A stretch of 64,000 nt of DNA from Trueperaceae bacterium (GCA_034521815.1 JAXHLW010000013.1:1536001-1600000); one strand, 5' to 3'; positions 33,528 through 43,418 are shown, numbered from the stretch's first letter. Made by a program: numbers and translations. Notes: a model not told the origin generated them from the letters alone.

Positions 33528-34920
33528 ATGAGCGTGGCGCGCTCGAGATCCGGCGCACGACGCGTGGCGCGCGGTGCGGTGCTGGCGCGACGGTCGCTGC
33601 GCGCCGAAGTTCCGGCTCGCGCGCCGACGTGCGCGCGTCTTCAGCGGCCTGCTGGCGCACGCCGGTCGTGCGCTGACCTGCGTCGACTGGCGTCCTGCGG
33701 CGTTGCTCGCATTGTCGCGGGACTACGATGCGCGGCGTCGCGACTCGGGATGACGACGATGGCTGCTCGAGCACGATTCGCCAGCCCGGCCTGGTCACGA
33801 TCGCGGCATGGGTCGGACCGCGGCGGTCCGAGCCGCTCGCACGCTTCGCTTGCTGGCCTCGTCGCTCCGCGCCGCGCCTCGTCGACGTGCGGTGTGCTGC
33901 GGTCCGTGCTGTCCGGTGAGGCGAGCGACGACGGCGCATCGGTCGCGACCGGGCGTCGGTCGACCGCTGACCGATCGCGCGCGCTGGACACGGGCTTGCC
34001 GCGACCCGTCGACCCCTGGCGTGGCGACGCGCTCGTGCATGGCGGATCGCCGAGGCGGCGTCGCGACCTGTTCGACGCGTTCGACGACCATGGTCGGCGT
34101 CCGTCGACCGCGCTGCTGCAGCGCGTGCGCGCGATGCGACGTCGCCGTGCTCGAGGCTGGCCGCACGCGCGCAAGCGACGGTGCGCTGGCTTGGACGTCC
34201 CCGGCACTTGCAGTGAAGCGGACGCGCGCGCCATCGCCACCGATGACGATCTGCCGGTCGGTTCTCGGCCGTGGCTGGACGAGCGCCGACCAGTCGTGCG
34301 CCTACGTCGCAGGAGCGTCGAGACGCTGGACGAGGCGCAGGAGGCCGAGCTCGAGCAGTCTGTCCGCACGCTGCGACTGCGACCGGGCCGCAAGCTGCTG
34401 GACGTCGGCTGCCGCTCGCGCGCTCGGCGCTGACGGATGCGTCCGCGCCGAGACGTTCGGTACCCGGCGATCGGGTGCCGGCGAACGCGCCCAGGCCGTC
34501 GCCGTCGGACGGGTTTCTGTCGAGCGATCGTGATCGGCGTGTCGCGTGCAGGTCGCGATCACGTTCGGCAGTCGAGCACGTCGGGCGCAGCCGCGTACGA
34601 ATCGCTCCCGTCCGTCGACCACATGCATCGCTTGGGCGGCTGGCGATGCGCCTTTCCGCAGGCCTGTGTCGCGGTATCGAACGCGCGGCGTGCGTGCAGC
34701 CAGCAGGTTCGCCGCACGAGAACCCGCTGCGAGGATCGCCGACCGACCGCGATCACGATCCGTGCAGCTCGAAGCGGTAGGTCGTTCGCGACGTCGACGA
34801 TCTGCCGACTACGTGGCGCATGATCCGGCTCCTGTCGTGGCACTTCGGAAGGTGTGCGTTGGCGCAGGCTGGCGCGCCGCTGGCGGACATGGAGGCGTAG
34901 TCGACCGTTCCCTCACGGCA
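33528..34920 (+). pseudogene. cfa: Heavily degraded cyclopropane-fatty-acyl-phospholipid synthase (boundaries approximate)
   Basis: Fragments DARAIA..DLP, WLDE, SCAY and ETLDEAQEA.L...LRLRPG.KLLDVGC across several frames. Confidence 0.65.
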
Positions 34921-34981
34921 GCTCAGTGACAGGTGGACCATGCGGCCCAAGAACATGGCGGCGGACGCCGACCGCGTACGC

Positions 34982-36418
34982 CTAGCGCGACGCTCGAACG
35001 GCCGGTCCCAAGACGGCGTTCGCGACCACCTCGGCGTCGTCCACCAGCTTCCCGACCGCGATGCCGCGGTAGGCGTTCCCCGCTAGATGGACGCCGGGCA
35101 GATCGCGCAGGCGCGTTTCGATCCGGTCCAGACGAGCTTGGTGACCCATCACGTACTGCGGGATCCCGCGGTCCTGCCGACCGACCCAGGAGCGGACCGG
35201 CTCCCCCTCCGGTCCGTCGACCAGGCCCCAGGCGCGGTCGATGGCCGTTCGCGCGATGCGCGCCATCTCGGCGTCGCTCAGCTCGTCGATGGCCGGGCCG
35301 GCGACGCCGCCCACGATGACGCGGACCAGCACGGTCCCGGGCGGCGCACGGTGAGGAAACACGTTCGATTCGATCAGCACGCCCAGGACGTCCAGCTCCT
35401 CGCCCGGGGCGACCAGGAACCCGAACCCGTCGGGCGGCGTCCTGAACGCCTCGGCCGCGAAGCCCATCGCCACCATGCCGATCGCGCCGGACGGGATGCC
35501 CGACAGCTCGCGGGCCGCCTCGGCGTCGGTCGACGCCAGCAGCTCGGACGCGGGGCGCGGGGGAATCGCGAGGACGACGGTGTCGAACCGCCGGGATGTC
35601 CCGCCTGGACCCGTGAGCAGGTACCGCCCGCCCGCCGGATCGACGGCAAGCCCCAGCGCCGGCGTCGAGGTGTGGACAGCGTCGCCGAGGTCCGCAGCCA
35701 AGGCGTCGACGATCACGTTCATCCCGCCGTGGAAGCTCCAGGTCGTCTTGCGCTCCTGCATCCGCTCGCGGGTCCCCGCGATGCCGGCCACCACCAGCGA
35801 GCGGTGGTCGCGCTCCATCTCGCGCATCACCGGGAACGCCGCGTCGACCGACAGCTCGTGCGCATCGCCGCCGTACACGCCGCGCACCATCGTCCCCAGC
35901 AGGATCTCGGCCGCCTCGGGCCCGATGTGGCGCGCGGCGTAGTCGAACACCGTCTCCTCGTGATCCACGCGCTGGGCCAGGAACGGCTCGGCCAAAATGC
36001 GGAACCGGCCCTCGACGCTGAGCGGCTCGAACTCCAGCAGCGAGATCGGACCGCTGGGCATCAGGTGGAGGCGGCCGCCGTGGAACACGTAGCGCCGGTT
36101 GGCGGCGGGATTCGCGTGCACCTGCTCCTCCTCGAGGCCCAGGCGTGCGACCAGGTCGGCGGTCGGACCGACGCCGGACCGGAACGCGTTCGCGGCCCAC
36201 TCGATCAGGAAGCCGTCCTGGGCCACCGTCCGAAGCTGACCCCCGGGACGGTCGGCGGCCTCCCAGACCTCGAGCTCCAGCGCCTCGCCTCGCTCCTCGG
36301 CGTGCCGCCGGATCGCGTGGGCCGCCGTCAGCCCGCCGAGTCCGGCGCCCACCACCGCCACGCGGCGTGGCGAGGCGCCCAGCGGCGGCCTGGGTCGTGC
36401 GGTCGGCTCTTCGTTCAT
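34982..36418 (-). CDS. hemY: Proto/coproporphyrinogen oxidase (HemY-type FAD enzyme)
   Basis: GAGLGGL, GVYGGD..ELS..AAFP, GFGFLV, IPQY and GNAYRGI. Confidence 0.9.
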   Translation of the reverse strand: MNEEPTARPRPPLGASPRRVAVVGAGLGGLTAAHAIRRHAEERGEALELEVWEAADRPGGQLRTVAQDGFLIEWAANAFRSGVGPTADLVARLGLEEEQVHANPAANRRYVFHGGRLHLMPSGPISLLEFEPLSVEGRFRILAEPFLAQRVDHEETVFDYAARHIGPEAAEILLGTMVRGVYGGDAHELSVDAAFPVMREMERDHRSLVVAGIAGTRERMQERKTTWSFHGGMNVIVDALAADLGDAVHTSTPALGLAVDPAGGRYLLTGPGGTSRRFDTVVLAIPPRPASELLASTDAEAARELSGIPSGAIGMVAMGFAAEAFRTPPDGFGFLVAPGEELDVLGVLIESNVFPHRAPPGTVLVRVIVGGVAGPAIDELSDAEMARIARTAIDRAWGLVDGPEGEPVRSWVGRQDRGIPQYVMGHQARLDRIETRLRDLPGVHLAGNAYRGIAVGKLVDDAEVVANAVLGPAVRASR

Positions 36419-36437
36419 GGGGACTCCCGTCCGCGCG

Positions 36438-36488
36438 CTTCGGATGAAGAGCGTCTTCAGATGAACAGCGCCTTCAGATGAACAGCGT
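36438..36488. repeat. Three tandem copies of a 17-bp unit containing the 3' end of the dsrE-like gene
   Basis: cttcggatgaagagcgt / cttcagatgaacagcgc / cttcagatgaacagcgt. Confidence 0.85.
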
Positions 36489-36971
36489 CTGCGCTCCCTC
36501 GGAGATGTCGAGGAACTCCGTCGCGCTGATGATCCCCTCGACCCCCTCGTACAGGTCGTCCTGGGTCAGCTTGTTCATGTCGGCCGACATGCGGCACGCC
36601 CACAGGTGGCCGCCGGCCTCGGTGATCATCTCCAGGAACTCGGGCACCGCCGGTACGTCCAGCTCGGCGATCTGCCGGCGCATCATGCGGGTGGCGACGC
36701 CTTGCATGCCGGGCAGCCCGGAGACGGCGGTCGGCATGTGCGTGGCGGGGTTCGCGACCGGCGTGAACTGGAGGTGCGCCATCGTCTTCTTGTTGATGAT
36801 CTCGTAGCCCCAGAAGGTGAAGAACAGGTGCGTCTCGATCCCCTCGCCCAGCGCGGCGTTGGCCAGGATCAGCCCCGGGTAGGCCATGTCCAGCGAGCCT
36901 TTCGAGCAGATGATGCACAGCTTGCGGTCGGGACCGTCGTCGAAGGTGGGCACGGGGCGCGGCGTGGTCAT
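36474..36971 (-). CDS. DsrE/DsrF/DrsH-like sulfurtransferase
   Basis: SKGSLDMAYP, LFFTFWG and WACRMSADM, ending in LFI. Confidence 0.88.
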   Translation of the reverse strand: MTTPRPVPTFDDGPDRKLCIICSKGSLDMAYPGLILANAALGEGIETHLFFTFWGYEIINKKTMAHLQFTPVANPATHMPTAVSGLPGMQGVATRMMRRQIAELDVPAVPEFLEMITEAGGHLWACRMSADMNKLTQDDLYEGVEGIISATEFLDISEGAQTLFI

Positions 36972-36988
36972 GCGGATCTCCTAAGGCG

Positions 36989-37300
36989 TCATACGCAGCC
37001 GACGGGCTTGGGCACGCCGGCGACGTAGGCGATCTTCTTCGCGGGCTTCTTCGGGAACAGCACGAACAGGCGCTTCAGCGGGACGCCACCGGTGGTCGAG
37101 ATGCGCCGCAGCGTGGGGGTCACGCCTTCGGCGGCATAGTCGTCGCGGACGAAGCGGATCACCTCGAGGTGCTCCTCGCTCAGCGCGACGCCGATGTCGG
37201 CCGCGAGCTCGGCGGCGACGGCCTCGTCCCAGTCGCCGTACTCGGTCAGGAACCCCTCGTCGTTCACGTGCACGGTCCGTCCGGCGATGGTGGCCAGCAT
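36989..37300 (-). CDS. TusE/DsrC/DsvC-family sulfur relay protein (single C-terminal Cys)
   Basis: NDEGFL...W, LFPKKPA and AGVPKPVGCV. Confidence 0.9.
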   Translation of the reverse strand: MLATIAGRTVHVNDEGFLTEYGDWDEAVAAELAADIGVALSEEHLEVIRFVRDDYAAEGVTPTLRRISTTGGVPLKRLFVLFPKKPAKKIAYVAGVPKPVGCV

Positions 37301-37330
37301 CGTGCGGTCCTTTCTCATGCGCGCGCAGCG

Positions 37331-37657
37331 TCAGCGCATGCCCCTGATCGTCTTGAGCAGCAGCAGGACGTTGTCGCCGATCATGGTGACGCCCTCCCGG
37401 TCGAAGTCCTGCACGATGCGGTCGACCACCTCGGCGCTGGCGCCGAGCACCTCGCCGTAGCCGCGACCCTGCAGGCTGTCCAGCTTCGTCGTCGCGCCGT
37501 TCATGGCCTGCCTGAGCAGCGGCGTCATGTCGCGTGCGAACTCGTCGATGGCTTCCCAACGCTCGCGCGAACGACGGCTCTCGGCGGCGATCTCGGCCAG
37601 CTGCGTCTCCATCCGTGCGAGCTGGGCCTGCAGCGCTGCGACGTCCGGGGCGCTCAC
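37331..37657 (-). CDS. Short DUF1641-like helical protein commonly found beside sqr
   Basis: GTGA overlap with sqr, coiled-coil N-terminus and IGDNVLLLLKTI. Confidence 0.6.
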   Translation of the reverse strand: MSAPDVAALQAQLARMETQLAEIAAESRRSRERWEAIDEFARDMTPLLRQAMNGATTKLDSLQGRGYGEVLGASAEVVDRIVQDFDREGVTMIGDNVLLLLKTIRGMR

Positions 37658-38922
37658 CGGGACGCCTCCTGCGGCTCGCGCGTCTCCGCCGTCTCGCGGA
37701 CCTTGCCGGCCAGCGTCATCTCGGGGGCCAGGGGAACCTCGCGGCCGCGGAGCAACAGGTGCCAGTACGTCCACTTGAACATCATCTTTCCGGCATGGTT
37801 CATGGCCGTCTCCTCGAGGAGCGCGAAGGGGCCGACGCCGGGCAGCGGGTAACGGCCGGGCAGCGGTTGCGTCGCGTAGTTGTAGTCCAGCAGCAGCGCC
37901 TTGCCGTTCCCGGACTCGACGAAACAGCTCACGTGTCCGTCGTAGGCGTGCGGCATCGGCCGGCCCGCAGCGTGCTCGACGAAGTTCTCGGCGAACACGT
38001 CGACCGAGAAGTGGACGCCCGATCCGGCCTTGGCGATCGGCAGGGCGGCAGCGTCTCCCAGGGCGAAGACGTTGGGCCAGCGCCGTGATTGCAGCGTGCC
38101 GGGATCGACCGGGACGTGGTTCAGCTCGTCCCCCAGTCCGCTGCGGCCGACGGCGTCGGCTCCCATGTTCACCGGCACGGTGACCAGCAGATCGAACGGA
38201 ATCTCGCGCTCGTCGTACGAGATCAGGGTCTTGGCGGCATCGTCGATGCGCTCGACCACGAAGTCGGTCTGGACCGTGATGCCACGGCTGCTCAGCATGC
38301 CGGCCAGGCGCTGGGCAGCGACCGGCGTGGTGAACGCGGCGTCGAGCGGCGTGACGTACACCAGCTCGACCTGGTCGCGCACGCCCGCCTCCCGAAAGTG
38401 CGCGTCCGCGAGGAACAGCAGCTCCAGCGGTGCGACGGGGCACTTGATCGGCATCTCGGCGACGTGGACGACGAACCGTCCGGCCTGGAACCCGGTCAGC
38501 GCCTCGGCCAGGGCCTCGGCGCCCTCGAGCGTGTAGAACTCGTGAACGCTGTCGCGCCACTCGGGGCCCAGCATGCCGGGCGTCTGGTCGGGTCGGGGCT
38601 GCGTGCCGGTCGCGATGACCAGCTGGTCGTACGGCAGCTCGGTGCCGTCCTCGAGCGTGACCGAGCTGGCCTCGGGGTCGATCGCGTAGGTCTCGCCGAG
38701 CAGCAGGTCGACACCGCTGGGCAGGAAGCGCGCCCGAGGTCTGACGACGTCGTCGCGCCGATACGCGCCGAACGGGATGAACAGGTAGCCGGGCTGGTAG
38801 TGGTGCTCATCGTCCTTGTCGACCAGGGTGATGCGCCATTCGGAGGACGGCAGCCGGGGTCGGAGCTTGTTCGCGACCATCGTTCCCGCGCTGCCGGCGC
38901 CGAGCACGAGCAGATGCTTCAT
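37654..38922 (-). CDS. sqr: Sulfide:quinone oxidoreductase (type III-like)
   Basis: GAGSAG, HHYQPGYLF, IKCPVAPLE, FALGDA, KAGS and YDGHVSCFVESG (two catalytic Cys). Confidence 0.88.
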   Translation of the reverse strand: MKHLLVLGAGSAGTMVANKLRPRLPSSEWRITLVDKDDEHHYQPGYLFIPFGAYRRDDVVRPRARFLPSGVDLLLGETYAIDPEASSVTLEDGTELPYDQLVIATGTQPRPDQTPGMLGPEWRDSVHEFYTLEGAEALAEALTGFQAGRFVVHVAEMPIKCPVAPLELLFLADAHFREAGVRDQVELVYVTPLDAAFTTPVAAQRLAGMLSSRGITVQTDFVVERIDDAAKTLISYDEREIPFDLLVTVPVNMGADAVGRSGLGDELNHVPVDPGTLQSRRWPNVFALGDAAALPIAKAGSGVHFSVDVFAENFVEHAAGRPMPHAYDGHVSCFVESGNGKALLLDYNYATQPLPGRYPLPGVGPFALLEETAMNHAGKMMFKWTYWHLLLRGREVPLAPEMTLAGKVRETAETREPQEASR

Positions 38923-39036
38923 CGGGTCCTCCTCGCGTGCCGCGCGGCTCGTGCGACACGAACAGACGATGACGCACCGCGGTGAAGGCTGAAAGGGTGG
39001 AACGTCCCCGACGGAAACACGGCTCGCGCCGCTGGA

Positions 39037-39528
39037 TCAGTACCGCAGGCTGCGCACCTCGTACGTGACCGTCCGCTCCCCCAGAGGCACGCGCACGCTG
39101 TCGCCCACGCGAAGCCCCAGCAGACGCCGCCCCAACGGCGATGCGTCGCTGATCCGCATCACGTCGTCCGCCACGATGGCCGCGTCGAGGGTCTCGACCA
39201 CCTGCAGCGTCGTCTCTTCGTCGGCGTCCACCTCGGCGTTCACCTCGGCGTTCACCTCGGCCACCGTCACGACCGCACCGACCTCGACCGTGGACGAGGT
39301 CCGACCTGGAGGCAGGACGTGTGCGTCGTCCAGCGTCTCCTCCAACCGGTCGACACGGTCAGTCAGCCTCGCTTTTTCGAGCCGCGCGTCGCGCAGCGTG
39401 ATCGCATCGGTGTCGCACGTGCACGCCATCTGCTCGCGAAGGAACGCGTCCACGTCCGACAGACGCTTGCGCGCGTGACCGAGCTCCCGCTCGAGGCGAT
39501 CACGGCCCTCCGTCGTCAATCGCACCAT
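39037..39528 (-). CDS. GreA/GreB-family factor, Gfh1-like
   Basis: LTTEGRDRLEREL coiled coil, EKARL..R...LE..L, VEVGAVV and ISDASPLGRRLLG..VGD. Lacks the GDLSEN tip. Confidence 0.85.
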   Translation of the reverse strand: MVRLTTEGRDRLERELGHARKRLSDVDAFLREQMACTCDTDAITLRDARLEKARLTDRVDRLEETLDDAHVLPPGRTSSTVEVGAVVTVAEVNAEVNAEVDADEETTLQVVETLDAAIVADDVMRISDASPLGRRLLGLRVGDSVRVPLGERTVTYEVRSLRY

Positions 39529-39761
39529 CGTCGCTCCCTCCGCGCGGCATCCGCTGGTTTTCCATGCCGTGCCGAACCGTGCGCGAGCGCCAGCGCCCGC
39601 GCGGGCAGTGTAGGGTCCTTTCGGCGCCCTGAACGTCGGCGTTGGTACGGTACCCAGCGGAAAGATTGCTACCCTCATCGAATGAGCGTCGTTCACGACG
39701 CATCGTGAGTTCGGTCGCGGCATGGTGCCGACACCGCCGAACCGAAAGAATGGAGACCGTC

Positions 39762-40229
39762 ATGCGTACGATCGCGAACCTGATCTTCGCTACCGCTCTG
39801 CTCGCGTCGACGACGGCGCTGGCACAGTCCAGCGGCGAGTCCACCTACCAAGCCAACTGCGTCGCGTGTCACCAAGCGACCGGGCAGGGCATTCCCGGGG
39901 CGTTCCCGCCGCTGGCCGGGCACGTACCCGAGCTGCTCGCGCGGGACGGTGGACGCACGTACCTCGTCCACACGCTTCTGTACGGGCTGCAAGGGTCGAT
40001 CACGGTCGGTGGGCAGACCTACAACGGCGTGATGCCGGCGTGGCAGCATCTGGACGACGCTCAGCTCGCGGACGTCCTCACCTACATCTCGACGGCGTGG
40101 GAAAACGAGGCGGAGCTGCCCGAGGGCTTCGAGCCGTTCACCGCGGAAGAGGTCTCGGCCGAGCGCGACCTGGGGATCACCGGCGGCGACGTGCTCGAAG
40201 AGCGGACCGGGCTGCTGGCGACCGAGTAG
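39762..40229 (+). CDS. Monoheme cytochrome c (c552-like)
   Basis: Signal peptide, CVACH, GIPGAFPPLAGH and YNGVMP axial Met. Confidence 0.92.
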   Translation: MRTIANLIFATALLASTTALAQSSGESTYQANCVACHQATGQGIPGAFPPLAGHVPELLARDGGRTYLVHTLLYGLQGSITVGGQTYNGVMPAWQHLDDAQLADVLTYISTAWENEAELPEGFEPFTAEEVSAERDLGITGGDVLEERTGLLATE

Positions 40230-40261
40230 CGCTGTGGCTGGTCCCGCGTGCGGCCGCACCG

Positions 40262-42010
40262 CTACAGCGCGAAGTGCGTCGCCTGGCTGGCGACGACGTA
40301 CCAGGTCACGAACAGGCCGTTGGCGAACGCGCCCGGCCAGACGCTGCCCGTCTTCTCGAACAGGTAGGTCGATAGCATTCCGGCGATCGGGAGCAGCACC
40401 AAGAGCTGGAACCCGATGATCGTCAGCAGCGGCTCGCCCAGCGGCAGGGGGCGTCCCGACAGGAGAGGCACGTACTGAATCAGGAGCAGGGCCGCGAATC
40501 CCGCGAACATCAGGACACCGTTCCCGACCACGGCGGCCGCCGTCGAGGTCGGCTCGCGCGAGCGTAGCTGCCCGTGCAGCGCCAGGCCCAACGTCGCGAA
40601 GAAGAAGGTGAACGGCAGGAGGTAGATCACGGCGATACGCGCATGGAGGGCGTCCAGCGGACGTGCCGCCAGCACCCACGCGCGGAAGTCGGTGCCGAAC
40701 AGGCCGTTCACGGCGATCAGCAGCAGGTAGCCGGAGCCGACGGTGGCCAGCGCCAGCCCGATGGAGCGCAGCAGCCCGCCGCTCAGGCCCACGCCCGCTC
40801 CTCCACCACGGCGCCCGGACACGGCGTACCAGAGCAGGAACAGGACGAGGGACAGCGCGCCGTTGGCGACGGCCCAGACCACGATCCCGTTCGTGATCTG
40901 TTGCGGGAACCAGACGCCGACGGGCAGCCACTCGGCCGCTTGGTTGTTGAGCCAGAAGTACGTCGCGACCGGCACGATGATCAGGATCAGGGCCGCCAGC
41001 CACCAGCCCAGGCCGCTGGGGCCGACACCGACCGCCGGCGTGCGCTGCAACGGCGCGAACGCGGGGGTCCGCAGCCACAGCCCTCCTGCCGCGAAGAACG
41101 CGAGGATCATCCCGAGAAAGCCCAGGCCTGTGCCCAGCTCCTTGAGCATCCAGGCCTGATCGGTGGCGGGAAGCGGGCTCGGCGCCGGCACGGTCCGCTG
41201 GATCCACTCGATCACGGGAGCGATGCCGGCGACGGTGATGTGGTCGCCTGGGTGGGTGACGGGCGGCTGCGCCAGCCAGCGCGCCGTGCCCGCGTCGATC
41301 TCGCCGTACAGCTGCCCCGGCACCACCGGCGGCTCGGTTCCGAATACGCCCGCGAGCTTGTCGGTCGTGACGACCGCGGCGCCCGTGGGCGCTCCCCACA
41401 TCAGCTGCGAGAACTCGTCGTACTGACTGAACACCAGCCCGAAGTTGCGGGGGAACTGCGGTGTGCCCTCGGGCGCGCCGAACGTGCCGGTCGACGCTCC
41501 CGAGACGATGATCGAGGCGTAGTCGTCGGGGGCCGCGCCTGCGGCGATCAGCACCGCCCAGCCGCCCATCGAGTGGCCGGACAGGACGATGCGGTCCGGA
41601 TCGACCATGGGCAGCGACCGGAGGTACGCCAGTCCGTCGGGTCCGCCGAATCCGGCCGCGAACGCGGGTGGATCGCTGTTGCCGTGGCCGCTCTGGTCCA
41701 ACGCGACGACGACGTAGCCGCGGCGTGCGAGCTCGATCGCGTAGGGCGACTGCGTCTCGCGGTCGTTGATGTAGCCGTGGACCGCCAAGACACCGGGTGC
41801 CGGGCTGGACGGCGTGGCCGACTCGGGGACGTACAGCTCGGCGGTCATCGTGCGACCGTCGGCCGCGACGAAGCGGACGGTGTCGACGTCGACGCCGCCT
41901 GCGTCGGTCCGCACCCACGACGCCAGCCAGCCGCCGCCGAGCGCGAGCACGATGGCCACGATCAGCAGGCCCACAGAGCCTGGCCTGCGAACGCGAGTCG
42001 AATCCGTCAT
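40262..42010 (-). CDS. Alpha/beta hydrolase with multi-TM C-terminal domain
   Basis: VHGY, GHG.S, GHSMGG nucleophile elbow and a hydrophobic C-terminal half. Confidence 0.85.
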   Translation of the reverse strand: MTDSTRVRRPGSVGLLIVAIVLALGGGWLASWVRTDAGGVDVDTVRFVAADGRTMTAELYVPESATPSSPAPGVLAVHGYINDRETQSPYAIELARRGYVVVALDQSGHGNSDPPAFAAGFGGPDGLAYLRSLPMVDPDRIVLSGHSMGGWAVLIAAGAAPDDYASIIVSGASTGTFGAPEGTPQFPRNFGLVFSQYDEFSQLMWGAPTGAAVVTTDKLAGVFGTEPPVVPGQLYGEIDAGTARWLAQPPVTHPGDHITVAGIAPVIEWIQRTVPAPSPLPATDQAWMLKELGTGLGFLGMILAFFAAGGLWLRTPAFAPLQRTPAVGVGPSGLGWWLAALILIIVPVATYFWLNNQAAEWLPVGVWFPQQITNGIVVWAVANGALSLVLFLLWYAVSGRRGGGAGVGLSGGLLRSIGLALATVGSGYLLLIAVNGLFGTDFRAWVLAARPLDALHARIAVIYLLPFTFFFATLGLALHGQLRSREPTSTAAAVVGNGVLMFAGFAALLLIQYVPLLSGRPLPLGEPLLTIIGFQLLVLLPIAGMLSTYLFEKTGSVWPGAFANGLFVTWYVVASQATHFAL

Positions 42011-42158
42011 GACGACCTCCAAGGTCCCGCACGCGTATAGGACGCGCGTCGCTGCGTCCGAAGTCGAGATCCGGCCTCAACCTAGCACCGGCTTCGCGTC
42101 GCTGACGCGATGTTCTCCACGGCGGGCTTCCTCGGACGAGCTCCTCGTAGGTCCTCGC

Positions 42159-43418
42159 TCAGGCGCGGGCCGTCTTCGACCCGTCTCCGTTCAGCAACCC
42201 TTCGAGCAGCTGCACGGCCCGCCGGGCTCCCCCGGCGTCGCGGAACCCCTGCGCGACCCGCTGGGCTCCTGCGCGCCGAGAACGGGCCTCGCGCATGGCG
42301 GCCCGCAGCCGCGCCACAGTCAAGCGGCGCCGGGCGACCATCGTGCCCGCGCCGGCGACCTCGGCACGGCGGGCGGACTCGCTCTGATCGCGGCCCCACG
42401 GCACGACGCAGACGGGGACGCCGGCGGCCAGCGCACGCTGCGTCGTGCCCATCCCACCGTGGGTGACGACGAGGTCCATCTCGGGAATCACGCTGGCGTG
42501 AGGGAGGAAGCGAACGATTCGGGTGCGGTCGTGAGGAGGCTCGAATCGGTCGGGGTCCAGCGCGGCGGACGTGACGACGACGCTGCCCGGCTCGTCGGCC
42601 AACGCCTCGAGCGCGGTAGCGATGATCATTCCGTCCTCCTGGAGCTCGGTGGAGACGCTGACCAGGACGCGTGGCCGTGGCAGCGTGGCGAGCCAGTCCG
42701 GCGCCTCGCCCGGAGGGGCCCACAGTCCGGGGCCGATGGCGTGGACTCCGCGCGGCCAGCCCTGGCGCGGGTACTCGAACGGCTCGGCGGTGCGGTAGAG
42801 GAGCACGTCGGCTCGCACGAACAGATCGGAGTAGCCGTCCAGCGGCGGCGCGCCCAGCTCGGCGCGAAGGCGCTGGAGCTTCGTCACCGGCCCGCGGAGC
42901 GAGCCGTTCATGACCGCCCAGACGAGCCGGTCACGCAGGCGATCGACGCCGCCCTTCGGAGGCGGGAAGCCGGGCCCGAACGCCGGCGTGGTGGGGGACG
43001 GCACGGGAAGCGCGTACGGCAGGAACATGGACCAGGCGCGACCCGTGCGGTCGGCCTCGGCTTCGGCGGCCGCGGCCGCGCCCCAGGTGTTGGCGTCGAC
43101 CAGGACCAGCTCGGGGTCCAGCTCGGACCGGGCGGCCTGGAGGTCGTCGACCTCGTGCGGCGCGCGGGTCAGCCAGCAGTCGAACGCCGCTCGAAGCTGC
43201 TGCATGGGGTTGCCTTGCCGGTAGTCGTCGAGGGTCAGGGCCTCGATCTCCGGGGCGATGGGTCGGTGCTCGAGCCCCTCGGCCGTCACCCGGTCTCGCT
43301 CGGAGGCCAGCGTCTGGACGACGACGCGGTGGCCGGCGTCGCGCATCGCGAGCGCGACGTCCATCATCGGGTAGAGGTGCCCGCGTGCTGGCGACGTGTA
43401 CATCAGGATCGTGCTCAT
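42159..43418 (-). CDS. GT1 glycosyltransferase (MGT/OleD-like)
   Basis: GHLYPM, FLPH, THGGMGT and PWGRDQ, GGAGG RBS. Confidence 0.88.
   Translation of the reverse strand: MSTILMYTSPARGHLYPMMDVALAMRDAGHRVVVQTLASERDRVTAEGLEHRPIAPEIEALTLDDYRQGNPMQQLRAAFDCWLTRAPHEVDDLQAARSELDPELVLVDANTWGAAAAAEAEADRTGRAWSMFLPYALPVPSPTTPAFGPGFPPPKGGVDRLRDRLVWAVMNGSLRGPVTKLQRLRAELGAPPLDGYSDLFVRADVLLYRTAEPFEYPRQGWPRGVHAIGPGLWAPPGEAPDWLATLPRPRVLVSVSTELQEDGMIIATALEALADEPGSVVVTSAALDPDRFEPPHDRTRIVRFLPHASVIPEMDLVVTHGGMGTTQRALAAGVPVCVVPWGRDQSESARRAEVAGAGTMVARRRLTVARLRAAMREARSRRAGAQRVAQGFRDAGGARRAVQLLEGLLNGDGSKTARA

Noticed and set aside
36438-36488. CRISPR array (also considered for 14116-14170)
   Set aside because: The units are short, directly adjacent and have no spacers, and no cas genes are present.
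36989-37300. dsrC as a marker of dissimilatory sulfur metabolism
   Set aside because: Only one C-terminal Cys is present and there is no dsrAB in the window.
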